A DNA stretch of 64,000 nt from an uncultured Thermoplasmata archaeon (GTDB lineage Archaea; Thermoplasmatota; Thermoplasmata; RBG-16-68-12): assembly GCA_963768855.1 (NCBI GenBank), contig CAVYJM010000011.1, positions 256,001-320,000 of the forward strand, written 5' to 3'. Each line of letters opens with the position of its first letter. Positions within the stretch are counted from its first letter, which is position 1. Below, in pieces: positions 9,152-17,515 of this stretch. The notes beneath the pieces are model-generated. The model saw nothing but the letters and a program-made list of their open reading frames with translations, was not told where the DNA came from and searched no databases. The position numbers and the translations under genes were made by a program.

Positions 9152-10516
9152 ATGCAAACGGTGGAAGAAGAACTCGAGGCGTTCCGTGTGCGCACGAAGA
9201 AGTCTGCGAAAGCCTTCGAGACGGCGAAGGAGCACATCCCGTTCGGGGTGAACAGCAACTACCGCCTGCTCGACCCCTACCCGCTCTACGTGCATCGGGC
9301 CAAGGGGAGCCGAATCTGGGACGTCGATGGCAACGAGTACATCGACTTCAACATGGCTTTCGGCGCGCTCGTCGCGGGCCATAGCCACCCCGTCCTGACG
9401 AAGGCGATGAAGGAACGCGTGGCCAACGGCACGATCTTCGGGTTCGAGGGCGACGAGGCCGCGCCGCTCGCGGAGCACATGTGCAAGCGTTTCGCGATCG
9501 ACCGGATCAAGTTCTCGAACACCGGGCTCGACGCGACCCTGTTCTCGATCCGCCTCGCCCGCGGCGTGACCGGCCGCTCGAAGATCCTGAAGTTCGAGGG
9601 CTGCTACCACGGCAGCCACGACTCCCTCATGGTCTCCATCAAGCCCACGCCGGAGCGGCAGGGCGATCCGCGCCGCCCCACGCCCGTCCCGTCGTCCCGG
9701 GGCCTCCTGCCCGAGCTCACGAAGAACACGGTCATCGCGCCGTTCAACGACCTCGACGCCACCGCGGCGCTGATCCGCGAGAACGCGGACGAACTGGCGG
9801 GGATCATCCTCGAGCCCGTGCCGATGAACATGGGGTTCATCCTGCCCAAGCCGGGCTTCCTCGCCGGCCTGCGCGAGCTCGCGGACGAGACGGGCGCCGT
9901 CCTCATCTACGACGAGGTCAAGACCTGCGGGAAGTGGTACGGCGGCGCCGAGGAGGCGTTCGGCGTGGCGCCCGACGTCAAGGTCTTCGGCAAGGCGATC
10001 GGGGGCGGCTTCCCGCTCAGCGCGGTCGGCGGCAAGGCGGAGATCATGGACCAGGTCGTGCCCGGCCAGATCGCCCACGCCGGCACGTTCAACGCGAACC
10101 CGGTGAGCATGACGGCCGGTCTCGTGACCCTCACGAAGATCCTGACGCCCGCAGGAATGAAGCACGCACAGGCGGTCGGGACGGGCCTCGCGAAGGGCTA
10201 CATCGACACGATCAGCGATCACCACCTCTTCATGAAGGTACAGTACGCCGGGATCAGCGGCACCGTGCACTTCACGCACAAGCCCGTCGTGGACTGGCGT
10301 TCCTTCCAGGGCGTCGACGTGGGCCGGTGGTGGGGCTACAACACCGCAATGCTGAACCGCGGGATCATCCCCATGGCGACCGGGCCCGACGAGCAATGGA
10401 CCTGTTCCGTGGCGCACACGAAGGCGGACGTCGAGGCGCACCTCGCGGCCTTCGAGGAGGTCGCGGAGATGATCAAGCCCCACCAGGCCGAGATGTCCCT
10501 CGTCGAGGCGATCTGA
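9152..10516 (+). CDS. Class III aminotransferase (glutamate-1-semialdehyde aminomutase-like)
   Basis: GNEYID, FEGCYHG, LIYDEVKT, PLP lysine in FGKAIGGG. Start moved to ATG 9152. Confidence 0.9.
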   Translation: MQTVEEELEAFRVRTKKSAKAFETAKEHIPFGVNSNYRLLDPYPLYVHRAKGSRIWDVDGNEYIDFNMAFGALVAGHSHPVLTKAMKERVANGTIFGFEGDEAAPLAEHMCKRFAIDRIKFSNTGLDATLFSIRLARGVTGRSKILKFEGCYHGSHDSLMVSIKPTPERQGDPRRPTPVPSSRGLLPELTKNTVIAPFNDLDATAALIRENADELAGIILEPVPMNMGFILPKPGFLAGLRELADETGAVLIYDEVKTCGKWYGGAEEAFGVAPDVKVFGKAIGGGFPLSAVGGKAEIMDQVVPGQIAHAGTFNANPVSMTAGLVTLTKILTPAGMKHAQAVGTGLAKGYIDTISDHHLFMKVQYAGISGTVHFTHKPVVDWRSFQGVDVGRWWGYNTAMLNRGIIPMATGPDEQWTCSVAHTKADVEAHLAAFEEVAEMIKPHQAEMSLVEAI

Positions 10517-10523
10517 GACGGCG

Positions 10524-10766
10524 ATGCAGGCGACCCCAGAGGCGGAAGCGCGGCAACACCTGAAACGCAGCTCGAAGGTTTTTCTTGCCGCGGCTGCCGC
10601 GGTCGTCTTCGGGATCCTCCTCGTCTACGTCACGATTGGATCGGTCTCCGGAGAATCCTCCCTCCTTTCAAACGGCGCGCTGTGGATGGTCTTGCTCTGC
10701 TGGTTCGTCATCGCCTTGGTCGCGACCCAGGTGTGGTCCAGGCCCGTTCCTCAGCGGGTTGACTGA
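10524..10766 (+). CDS. Small two-TM membrane protein
   Basis: 80 aa with two hydrophobic helices, directly downstream of the aminotransferase. Confidence 0.7.
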   Translation: MQATPEAEARQHLKRSSKVFLAAAAAVVFGILLVYVTIGSVSGESSLLSNGALWMVLLCWFVIALVATQVWSRPVPQRVD

Positions 10767-10779
10767 GGGAAATGAGAAC

Positions 10780-10914
10780 ATGCCGCGCCGGAAGTACGGA
10801 CGGATGATCAAGCCTCTCCCCGTGCAACAGAAGCCGGAGAAGTGCCGCTTCTGCAAGGCGGGGCGGCCTTGCCCCGTTCACAACAAGGACGGGACTACAC
10901 CTTCGTCCCGATGA
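10780..10914 (+). CDS. Small basic zinc-finger-like protein (44 aa, CxxC...CxxH)
   Basis: MPRRKYGRMIKPLPVQQKPEKCRFCKAGRPCPVHNK...; ATG 13 bp after the upstream stop. Confidence 0.55.
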   Translation: MPRRKYGRMIKPLPVQQKPEKCRFCKAGRPCPVHNKDGTTPSSR

Positions 10915-11434
10915 CGAGGCACGCGGCCCAGTTCAGCCGTTCGTACGACGCAAGGCGGAGCCCTGCCCGCGCGAAGAATCCCTCGTAGTCGTCGCGGGAG
11001 TAGATCGGGACGAAAGGCGCGAGGGCCCACGTGGCGGGTGAGAGGATCACGACGGTCCCTCCGGGCCGCAGAACGCGGCTCGCCATGTCCGCCCCATCCT
11101 GCGGATCGGGGAGATAGTAGAAGGATCCCGCGAGGACGACCGTGTCGAACGAGGCATCGCGGAACGGGGGCCACATGAAGTTCGCGCGCACCAAGTGACC
11201 GCGGTACCTTGCGCGAGCCAGCATCCGCATCGAGAGGTCGACGCCGACCGCATCCGCCAGGGGACCCGTCGTGTACCCCGTGCCCACGCCGACATCGAGG
11301 ACCCGACCGTGGAACGCGGCCCGCACCCTCTCGAGCCACTCCGGCCTGAAGATGCGCGCGTTGATCCAGTCGTACAGGGGCGCGAGCCGATCGAAGAACC
11401 ACCGCGCCCGGCGAGAGCCCGAGAGGAGCGGCAC
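10895..11434 (-). CDS. Class I SAM-dependent methyltransferase
   Basis: VLDVGVGTG, VDLS..ML, RVLRPGG. Confidence 0.88.
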   Translation of the reverse strand: MPLLSGSRRARWFFDRLAPLYDWINARIFRPEWLERVRAAFHGRVLDVGVGTGYTTGPLADAVGVDLSMRMLARARYRGHLVRANFMWPPFRDASFDTVVLAGSFYYLPDPQDGADMASRVLRPGGTVVILSPATWALAPFVPIYSRDDYEGFFARAGLRLASYERLNWAACLVIGTKV

Positions 11435-11474
11435 GAACGTCCCCGATGGGCGGCTTCCACTTGAAGGCGCGCCC

Positions 11475-11630
11475 TCAGGCTTCCTGGTAGATGCGCAGCA
11501 TCACGCGGGGGAAGAAGCCGAAGCCCCTCGGCGCGACGCACTTCTCGTGCATAAAATACGTGCACGTGTGGCAGCAGTCGCGGAAGCCCGCGGGATCGTG
11601 GTTCGGCGGACAGGTGTACTCGCAGGACAT
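11475..11630 (-). CDS. Small Cys/His-rich protein (51 aa), not in the ORF track
   Basis: MSCEYTCPPNHDPAGFRDCCHTCTYFMHEKCVAPRGFGFFPRVMLRIYQEA*; host-like GC3; fills an otherwise empty gap. Confidence 0.7.
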   Translation of the reverse strand: MSCEYTCPPNHDPAGFRDCCHTCTYFMHEKCVAPRGFGFFPRVMLRIYQEA

Positions 11631-11668
11631 CGCCCTTGAAATGGGGGATGAGCTGGTGTAGATGTTTC

Positions 11669-11677
11669 GTACTTACA
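11669..11677 (+). repeat. Left copy of direct repeat GTACTTACA (probable TSD, element 1)
   Basis: Identical to 13038-13046. In the end register of element 2 it reads (C/G)GTACTTAC at 11668-11676 and 13037-13045. Confidence 0.7.
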
Positions 11678-13036
11678 GTTGAGTGAACACTTGTAGGGGG
11701 GATTACCACTTTCGCTCTACTCCCTTCGCATCATTCAAGGCTTTGAGAGCTCAGAGGACATCTGTGGCCACGAAATGCATGGTCCGTAGCATTTCCTTCC
11801 CGGCCGGGTCGTTGCCGCCATCCCTCCTCCACCTCCTCGCCGAGTTCCGCCTCATCGTCAACAAGTCCATTCGCATCGCGCTGCGCGAGGACATCCGCTC
11901 TCGATTTCGGCTCGCCCGTTCGGCCTATGCGGCTCTGGCCGCCGAGCATGATGTGTACAAGCAGTACATCCCGAGCGCCTTCGGGGTAGCCCTCGGACTC
12001 CTGAAGGCGTACCGGAGGCGGGTGCGGAAAGGCAAGAAGGCGAACGTCCCGTATGTCCGCCGTCTGATGCTTAGTGCCGAGAACCAATCCTATCGGCTCG
12101 ATCGGACAACCGGGAAGCTGCGTATCCCCATCCGTCGTGGAGAACACGTCTACCTAGACTTGCCAGTCTGCGATTGGCATCTCACCTTCCTATCAGATCC
12201 CAGCTGGAGTCTCGGCTCCCTGACGGTCACCCCCGAGCGAATCATCGTGTTCGTCCGAAGGCACCCTCTCAAACCCTACGAGCCAACTTCCGCCCTCGCG
12301 TTCGACACGAACGAGGACTCCCTCGACGGCGTGCTGGTCGCGGGATCTGTAGCTCAACTCGTCAGTCTCCCTTTGGGCGGCGTTCGACAAGTGCAGACGA
12401 CGCACTTCCGTCGACGCCGACGCCTGGCAAAGAAGAAGGCTTGCGATCGACGAGTGAAGCGGCAGTTGCTCGGCCGTGAAGGGAAGCGGGAACGGAACCG
12501 TGTGAAGCAGCGACTCCACCGGATCAGCAAGGTTCTCGTGGCTAGAGCCAAGCAATGCAAAGCCGCCGTTGTCCTTGAGGATCTCACCCTTTCGGGTGCA
12601 CGCGGCCGTTCCCGCCGCATGAACCGCCGCCTGTCGTCCTGGCCCCGCGGCGAACTCCATCGTCAGATCGAGTACAAGGCCGCCCTCGCGGGCGTGCCGA
12701 TCATCAAGGTCAACCCCGCATGGACCAGCAAGACCTGCCCAGTGTGTGGCGCCCGGCGCCGAGATAGGGTGGGCCCGGATTTCGTGTGCGAGATGTGCGA
12801 CTGGGAGATGGACCGGCAGCACAACGCAGGCCTGAACATCCTGAAATCCGCCTTGGCCTCGAACGAGGCCTTGGCACGGGCTGTACGGTTCCAGCCCGGT
12901 GCCCTCCGCGATGATGTGGTGAGTCCCCTCTACGACCTGCCAGCGTTGCTGGCAGGTGCACGGGAGGAGCCGAGCGGAGTGGAGTGCGTTGCAGAGGTGG
13001 GGCCGTGAAGCCATCGTCCTCGCTACTCGCAGAACC
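11677..13036 (+). mobile_element. Non-autonomous TnpB-only element 1 (TIR/TSD type, degenerate left end)
   Basis: Single tnpB gene. Right end ...GCAGAACC matches the element 2 end ...ACAGAACC. Flanked by an 8-9-bp direct repeat; left end AGTTGAGT matches the TIR only partly. Confidence 0.75.
11764..13008 (+). CDS. tnpB: TnpB-family RNA-guided RuvC protein, RuvC-III Asp replaced by Gln
   Basis: RuvC-I AFDTNE, RuvC-II VLEDL, WPRGELHRQIEYKA, Zn ribbon CPVC/CEMC, MDRQHNAGLNI. GTG start chosen by alignment with copy 2. Confidence 0.93.
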   Translation: MATKCMVRSISFPAGSLPPSLLHLLAEFRLIVNKSIRIALREDIRSRFRLARSAYAALAAEHDVYKQYIPSAFGVALGLLKAYRRRVRKGKKANVPYVRRLMLSAENQSYRLDRTTGKLRIPIRRGEHVYLDLPVCDWHLTFLSDPSWSLGSLTVTPERIIVFVRRHPLKPYEPTSALAFDTNEDSLDGVLVAGSVAQLVSLPLGGVRQVQTTHFRRRRRLAKKKACDRRVKRQLLGREGKRERNRVKQRLHRISKVLVARAKQCKAAVVLEDLTLSGARGRSRRMNRRLSSWPRGELHRQIEYKAALAGVPIIKVNPAWTSKTCPVCGARRRDRVGPDFVCEMCDWEMDRQHNAGLNILKSALASNEALARAVRFQPGALRDDVVSPLYDLPALLAGAREEPSGVECVAEVGP

Positions 13037-13037
13037 G

Positions 13038-13046
13038 GTACTTACA
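13038..13046 (+). repeat. Right copy of direct repeat GTACTTACA (probable TSD, element 1)
   Basis: Identical to 11669-11677. Confidence 0.7.
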
Positions 13047-13084
13047 ACCCGCATTGTGGAGTAAGGAGGGAAAGAGGACAAGGG

Positions 13085-13090
13085 TTATAT
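13085..13090 (+). promoter_or_regulatory. TATA-like box upstream of the thiolase operon
   Basis: TTATAT preceded by a purine-rich tract, about 100 bp before ATG 13191. Confidence 0.4.
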
Positions 13091-13190
13091 CGGCCACCCG
13101 GGCATCGACGCGCGGCCAGCGTACCGTGCGCGAGCGGGAGGACTCCCCTCCCTTCGTGCCAGCCGTTGACCGAGTCAGGATGGCGTTCGG

Positions 13191-14357
13191 ATGAGGAAGG
13201 TCGCGATCGTCGGGGCGGGCCAGAGCCGCTATGGCGAGTTCCCGGACAAGAGCATCAAGGAGCTGTTCCACGAGGCCTACGGAGACATGGCGAAAAGCGT
13301 GGACCGGAACTTCGAACCGAAGCGGATCGGCGCAGCCTACATCGGCAACCTCGGCTGCGGCGGCTTCCAGCTTGGCAACATGTCCGCCCTCGTCTCCGAG
13401 TACGTCGGGCTGCCGTACATCCACGCGATGCGCATCGAGAACGCCTGCGCCTCGGGCGGGTACGCTCTTGTGACCGCCGCGATGGACGTCATGGCAGGCG
13501 TCCACGACGTCGTCCTTGCGGGCGGCGTCGAGAAGATGACGGATGTCTCTGGCTTGAAGACGAAGTACTGGCTCGGCGTGTCAGGCGACACGGAGTACGA
13601 GCGCCTCGCCGGCACGACGTTCAGCGGGCTCTACGCTCTGATCGCCCAACGGCACATGCACGAGTTCGGCACGACGCGCGAGCACCTCTCCATGGTCGCG
13701 GTCAAGAACCACAAGAACGGCGCGCAGAACCCGAAGGCCCAGTTCCAGCGCGAGACGACGCTCGAGAAGGCGATGAAGGCCCCCATGGTCGCCGCGCCGC
13801 TGAACTTGTTCGACTGCTGCTCGACCACGGACGGAGCGTCCGCGGTCCTCGTCACCTCGGCGGAAAGGGCGAAGGAGTTCACGGACACGCCCATCTACAT
13901 CGAAGGGTTCGGCACCGCGAGCGACTACCTGGCCATCCACGACCGTGCGTCGACGACGACGCTCGAGGGGACCCGGCGGGCCGCGACGCAGGCGTACCAG
14001 ATGGCGGGGGTCGGACCCAAGGACATCCAGATCGCGGAGGTCCATGACTGCTTCACGATCGCCGAGCTCTTGGCGTACGAGGACCTCGGATTCTGCGAGA
14101 AGGGCCAGGCCGGTCCGTACCTCGCAGAAGGACACACGGAGATCACGGGCGACAAGCCGGTCAACGCTTCGGGAGGCCTCAAGTCGAAGGGCCATCCCAT
14201 CGGGGCCACGGGCACGGGCCAGGCCTACGAGATGTTCCACCAGCTGCGGGGGAGCGTGCAGAAGCCGACGCGCCAGGTGAAGGGCGTGGAGCGGGGGTTG
14301 CTCCACAACGTCGGCGGATCGGGCGGGACCGTCGTCGTGACGGTCCTCGCGAGGTGA
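13191..14357 (+). CDS. Archaeal/SCP2-type thiolase (acetyl-CoA acyltransferase)
   Basis: ENACASGG (catalytic Cys), EVHDCFT, GHPIGATG. Confidence 0.92.
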   Translation: MRKVAIVGAGQSRYGEFPDKSIKELFHEAYGDMAKSVDRNFEPKRIGAAYIGNLGCGGFQLGNMSALVSEYVGLPYIHAMRIENACASGGYALVTAAMDVMAGVHDVVLAGGVEKMTDVSGLKTKYWLGVSGDTEYERLAGTTFSGLYALIAQRHMHEFGTTREHLSMVAVKNHKNGAQNPKAQFQRETTLEKAMKAPMVAAPLNLFDCCSTTDGASAVLVTSAERAKEFTDTPIYIEGFGTASDYLAIHDRASTTTLEGTRRAATQAYQMAGVGPKDIQIAEVHDCFTIAELLAYEDLGFCEKGQAGPYLAEGHTEITGDKPVNASGGLKSKGHPIGATGTGQAYEMFHQLRGSVQKPTRQVKGVERGLLHNVGGSGGTVVVTVLAR

Positions 14358-14361
14358 CCTC

Positions 14362-15378
14362 ATGACCCTCGGTATCTCTGGGTACGGGGTCGCGATCCCG
14401 CGGCTTCGGATCAAGCGCGAGGACTACGCCAAGGCGTGGGGCACCTTCTCGGCCGCCGGGGTGAACGAGAAGGCGGTGGCGGGCTTCGACGAGGACATGC
14501 TCACCCTCGCGACCAAGGTGTCCCAGCGCGCGCTCGAGTCCGTGCCGCTGACCCCGGACAGGATCACCCGGTTCGCCTTCGCCTCGACGACGCCCCCCTA
14601 CACAGAGAAGCTCCTCTCCGGGACGATCCTCGCGGGACTGGGCGCCCCGAGCGAGACGTACGCCACGGACCACATCTCCTCCACGCGCGCGGGGACCGAG
14701 GCGCTCCTCGCGGGCTTCGAGCACCTCGCCGGGAATCCGGGCGGGCACGCCCTCGTGGCCGCCGCGGACGCGCCGCAGGCGAGCATGTGGGACTCGATCG
14801 AGCACGGCATGGGGGCGGGCGCCGCCGCCTACGTCCTCTCCGGGTTCGCGCTCCTGGCGGAACTCGAAGGCGCCGCGAGCAGCGTGAGCGAGCACTTCGG
14901 CGAGCGCTTCCGGCCGCGGGAGGAGCTGCAAACCCGCGACCTGAATGTCAAGAAGTTCTCCGAAAGCTCCTTCGTCACAAACACGACGAAGGCGGCTTCG
15001 GCCCTGATGAAGAAGCTCGGCCGCAAGCCCGAGGACTATGTCCACGTGGTCATCCAGCAGCCCGATGCCCGCGCGCCGGCCTCCGTGGCGGCGAAGCTTG
15101 GCTTCCAGGAGGCGCAGCTCGCGGCCGGCCTGGTCTCCGTGAACCTCGGCGACCTCGGCGCGGCGTCCACGCCGATGGGCCTCGCTGCGGCCCTCGAGGC
15201 GTCGAAGCCGGGGGACCGCATCCTCGTCATTTCCTACGGCAGCGGCGCGGGCTCCGACGCGCTCAGCTTCAAGGTGCTCTCCGACCGCAAGCCGCCCTTC
15301 ACGGTCTCCAAGGAGGCGGCGCGCAAGGAGTACATTGACTACGTCCAGTATCTCAAGCTCAAGGGAGCGATCCGGTGA
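14362..15378 (+). CDS. HMG-CoA synthase-like protein lacking catalytic Cys and His
   Basis: HMGCS-fold motifs (EDMLT, MGAGAAA, SYGSGAGSDA), but STRAGT replaces ACKAGT and IQQP replaces FHQP. Confidence 0.85.
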   Translation: MTLGISGYGVAIPRLRIKREDYAKAWGTFSAAGVNEKAVAGFDEDMLTLATKVSQRALESVPLTPDRITRFAFASTTPPYTEKLLSGTILAGLGAPSETYATDHISSTRAGTEALLAGFEHLAGNPGGHALVAAADAPQASMWDSIEHGMGAGAAAYVLSGFALLAELEGAASSVSEHFGERFRPREELQTRDLNVKKFSESSFVTNTTKAASALMKKLGRKPEDYVHVVIQQPDARAPASVAAKLGFQEAQLAAGLVSVNLGDLGAASTPMGLAAALEASKPGDRILVISYGSGAGSDALSFKVLSDRKPPFTVSKEAARKEYIDYVQYLKLKGAIR

Positions 15379-15388
15379 GGTGACCCCG

Positions 15389-15814
15389 ATGGCCCATGTT
15401 TCCGTCCCGATGTACTGGCGGACGATTCCCCAGCGATACCGTCTCGTCGGCCTGAAGTGCAAGAAGTGCGGCAAGGTGAACTTCCCGCCGAAGGGCGTCT
15501 GCAAGCACTGCAACGACTCCTCCGAGTTCTCGGAGGTCCGTCTCTCCGGCCGCGGGAAGGTCCACACCTTCACCCTGATCGGCGCCGGCGGGGCCCCACC
15601 GGAGTTCGCGGACCAGGAGAAGGCGGGCGGCGTCTACCCCGTGACAATCGTCGAGCTCGACGAGGGCCCGAAGGTGATCGGCCAGATGGCCGACGTGAAC
15701 CCGAAGGACGTGAAGATCGGCATGCCCGTCCGCGCGGAGCTCCGGCGGATCTACGAGGAAGAGGGCGTCGTGCGGTACGGCTTCAAGTTCGTCCCTCTCG
15801 AAGAGGGAGCGTGA
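15389..15814 (+). CDS. DUF35 Zn-ribbon/OB-fold protein
   Basis: CKKCG...FPP...CKHC, VELDEGP, C-terminal YGFKF. Start at ATG 15389. Confidence 0.92.
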   Translation: MAHVSVPMYWRTIPQRYRLVGLKCKKCGKVNFPPKGVCKHCNDSSEFSEVRLSGRGKVHTFTLIGAGGAPPEFADQEKAGGVYPVTIVELDEGPKVIGQMADVNPKDVKIGMPVRAELRRIYEEEGVVRYGFKFVPLEEGA

Positions 15815-15818
15815 GTCT

Positions 15819-16736
15819 ATGGACAGCCACAAGGTCATGTCGATGAAGGAGGCGATCGCGAAGTTCGTGCACGACGGCGACACCGCGTACCTGGCGGGCT
15901 TCACCCACCTGATTCCCTTCGCCGCGGGGCACGAGATCATCCGACAGGGGAAGAAGGACCTGACCCTCGCCCGCGCCACGCCGGATATCATCTACGACCA
16001 GATGATTGCGGCGGGCTGCGCGAAGAAGATCATCTTTTCCTACGCAGGCAACCCGGGCGTCGGCTCCTTGCGCTGCTTCCGTCGCGCGACGGAGAAGGGC
16101 ATCCCCAAACCGCTGGAGATCGAGGAGTACACCCACTTCGACCTGTCCGGGCGGCTCTTCGCCGGCGCCACGAACATGCCCTTCCTCCCGGTGCGGACGA
16201 ACCTCGGCTCCGACCTGCCCGCGAACAATCCGAGCATCAAGCTCGTCGTCGACCCGTACACGGGCCACCCGATCTCCGTGGTCCCGCCGCTCAAGCCCGA
16301 TGTGGCGGTCGTCCACGTCCAGCGCTGCGACGCCGCGGGGAACGCGCACATCTGGGGCATCGTCGGAGAGCAGAAGGACGCGGCCTTCGCCGCGAAGAAG
16401 GTCATCCTGACCGCAGAGGAGATCGTCGACGAGGCGACGATTCGCTCCGACCCGAACCGCACCCTCATCCCCGACTTCATCGTCCATGCGGTCGTGCACG
16501 AGCCCTGGGCCGCCCATCCGTCCTACACGCAGGGCTACTACGACCGCGACAACGAGTTCTACGTGGCCTGGGACGAGATTACGAAGGAGCACGACACGAC
16601 GATGAAGTACCTCCAGGAATGGGTGTTCGGCGTCGAGGACCGCGCGGCCTACGTGAAGAAGCTCGGCCAGGCGAAACTCGAGAAACTCCGGCCCAAGCCG
16701 CTCATGAGCGTGCCCGTGAACTACGGGAGCGTGTGA
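15819..16736 (+). CDS. CoA-transferase subunit A (glutaconate/3-oxoadipate GctA/CatI type)
   Basis: KPDVAVVHVQRCD..GN, AKKVILTAEEIV, HPSYTQGYYDRD. Confidence 0.88.
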   Translation: MDSHKVMSMKEAIAKFVHDGDTAYLAGFTHLIPFAAGHEIIRQGKKDLTLARATPDIIYDQMIAAGCAKKIIFSYAGNPGVGSLRCFRRATEKGIPKPLEIEEYTHFDLSGRLFAGATNMPFLPVRTNLGSDLPANNPSIKLVVDPYTGHPISVVPPLKPDVAVVHVQRCDAAGNAHIWGIVGEQKDAAFAAKKVILTAEEIVDEATIRSDPNRTLIPDFIVHAVVHEPWAAHPSYTQGYYDRDNEFYVAWDEITKEHDTTMKYLQEWVFGVEDRAAYVKKLGQAKLEKLRPKPLMSVPVNYGSV

Positions 16737-16738
16737 CC

Positions 16739-17509
16739 ATGGAAACGTTGCAGCAGGTGAGTCCGAGCGAGCTCATGGTGGCGATCGCGGCGCGCGAGCT
16801 GAAGGACGGGGAGAGCGTCCTCGTGGGTGTGGGCATCCCGAACTTGGCCGCGAACCTTGCGAAGCGGATGCACGCCCCGAACCTGATCATGATTTACGAG
16901 TCCGGGACGATCGGTTCGAACCCGAGCCGCATGCCCCTGTCGATCGGCGACCCGTGCCTCGTCACCGGGGCGAAGTCCGTGTGCTCCATGTACGAGCAGT
17001 TCGCGTACTACATCCAGGGAGGCCGCATCGATGTGGGCTTCCTCGGCGGCGCGCAGATCGACAAGTTCGGGAACATCAACTCCACGGTCATCGGCTCGTA
17101 CAAGCAGCCCAAGGTCCGCCTCCCGGGCAGCGGCGGCGCGTGCGAGACCGCGTCGAACGTGAAGAAGATCATCGTGATCACGCCCCACGAGAAGCGCCGC
17201 TTCATCGAGAAGGTCGACTTCGTCACGAGCCCCGGCTTCCTGGACGGCAAGCCGAGGTGGGAGGCACTCCATCTCCAGGGGGGCGGCCCCTACGCCGTCA
17301 TCACGAACCTCTGCACGATGAAGTTCGACCCCGTGACCGGCGAGATGACGCTCACCGCCCTGAACCCCGGGGTCACTCTGCAGCAGGTCCAGGAGAACAC
17401 GCCGTGGAAGCTCAAGGTCGCGGACCACCTGGAGCAGAACCCCGCGCCGACGGACCAAGAGTTGAAGGTCCTGCGCTCCTTGGACCCGGAGCGAATCTAC
17501 CTCGGGTGA
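16739..17509 (+). CDS. CoA-transferase subunit B (GctB/CatJ type)
   Basis: IYESG (catalytic Glu present), GFLGGAQIDKFGNINST, LPGSGGA, FVTSPG. Confidence 0.9.
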   Translation: METLQQVSPSELMVAIAARELKDGESVLVGVGIPNLAANLAKRMHAPNLIMIYESGTIGSNPSRMPLSIGDPCLVTGAKSVCSMYEQFAYYIQGGRIDVGFLGGAQIDKFGNINSTVIGSYKQPKVRLPGSGGACETASNVKKIIVITPHEKRRFIEKVDFVTSPGFLDGKPRWEALHLQGGGPYAVITNLCTMKFDPVTGEMTLTALNPGVTLQQVQENTPWKLKVADHLEQNPAPTDQELKVLRSLDPERIYLG

Positions 17510-17515
17510 GTCCTC

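Noticed and set aside
14362-15378. Functional HMG-CoA synthase / mevalonate pathway locus
   Set aside because: Catalytic Cys and His are replaced.
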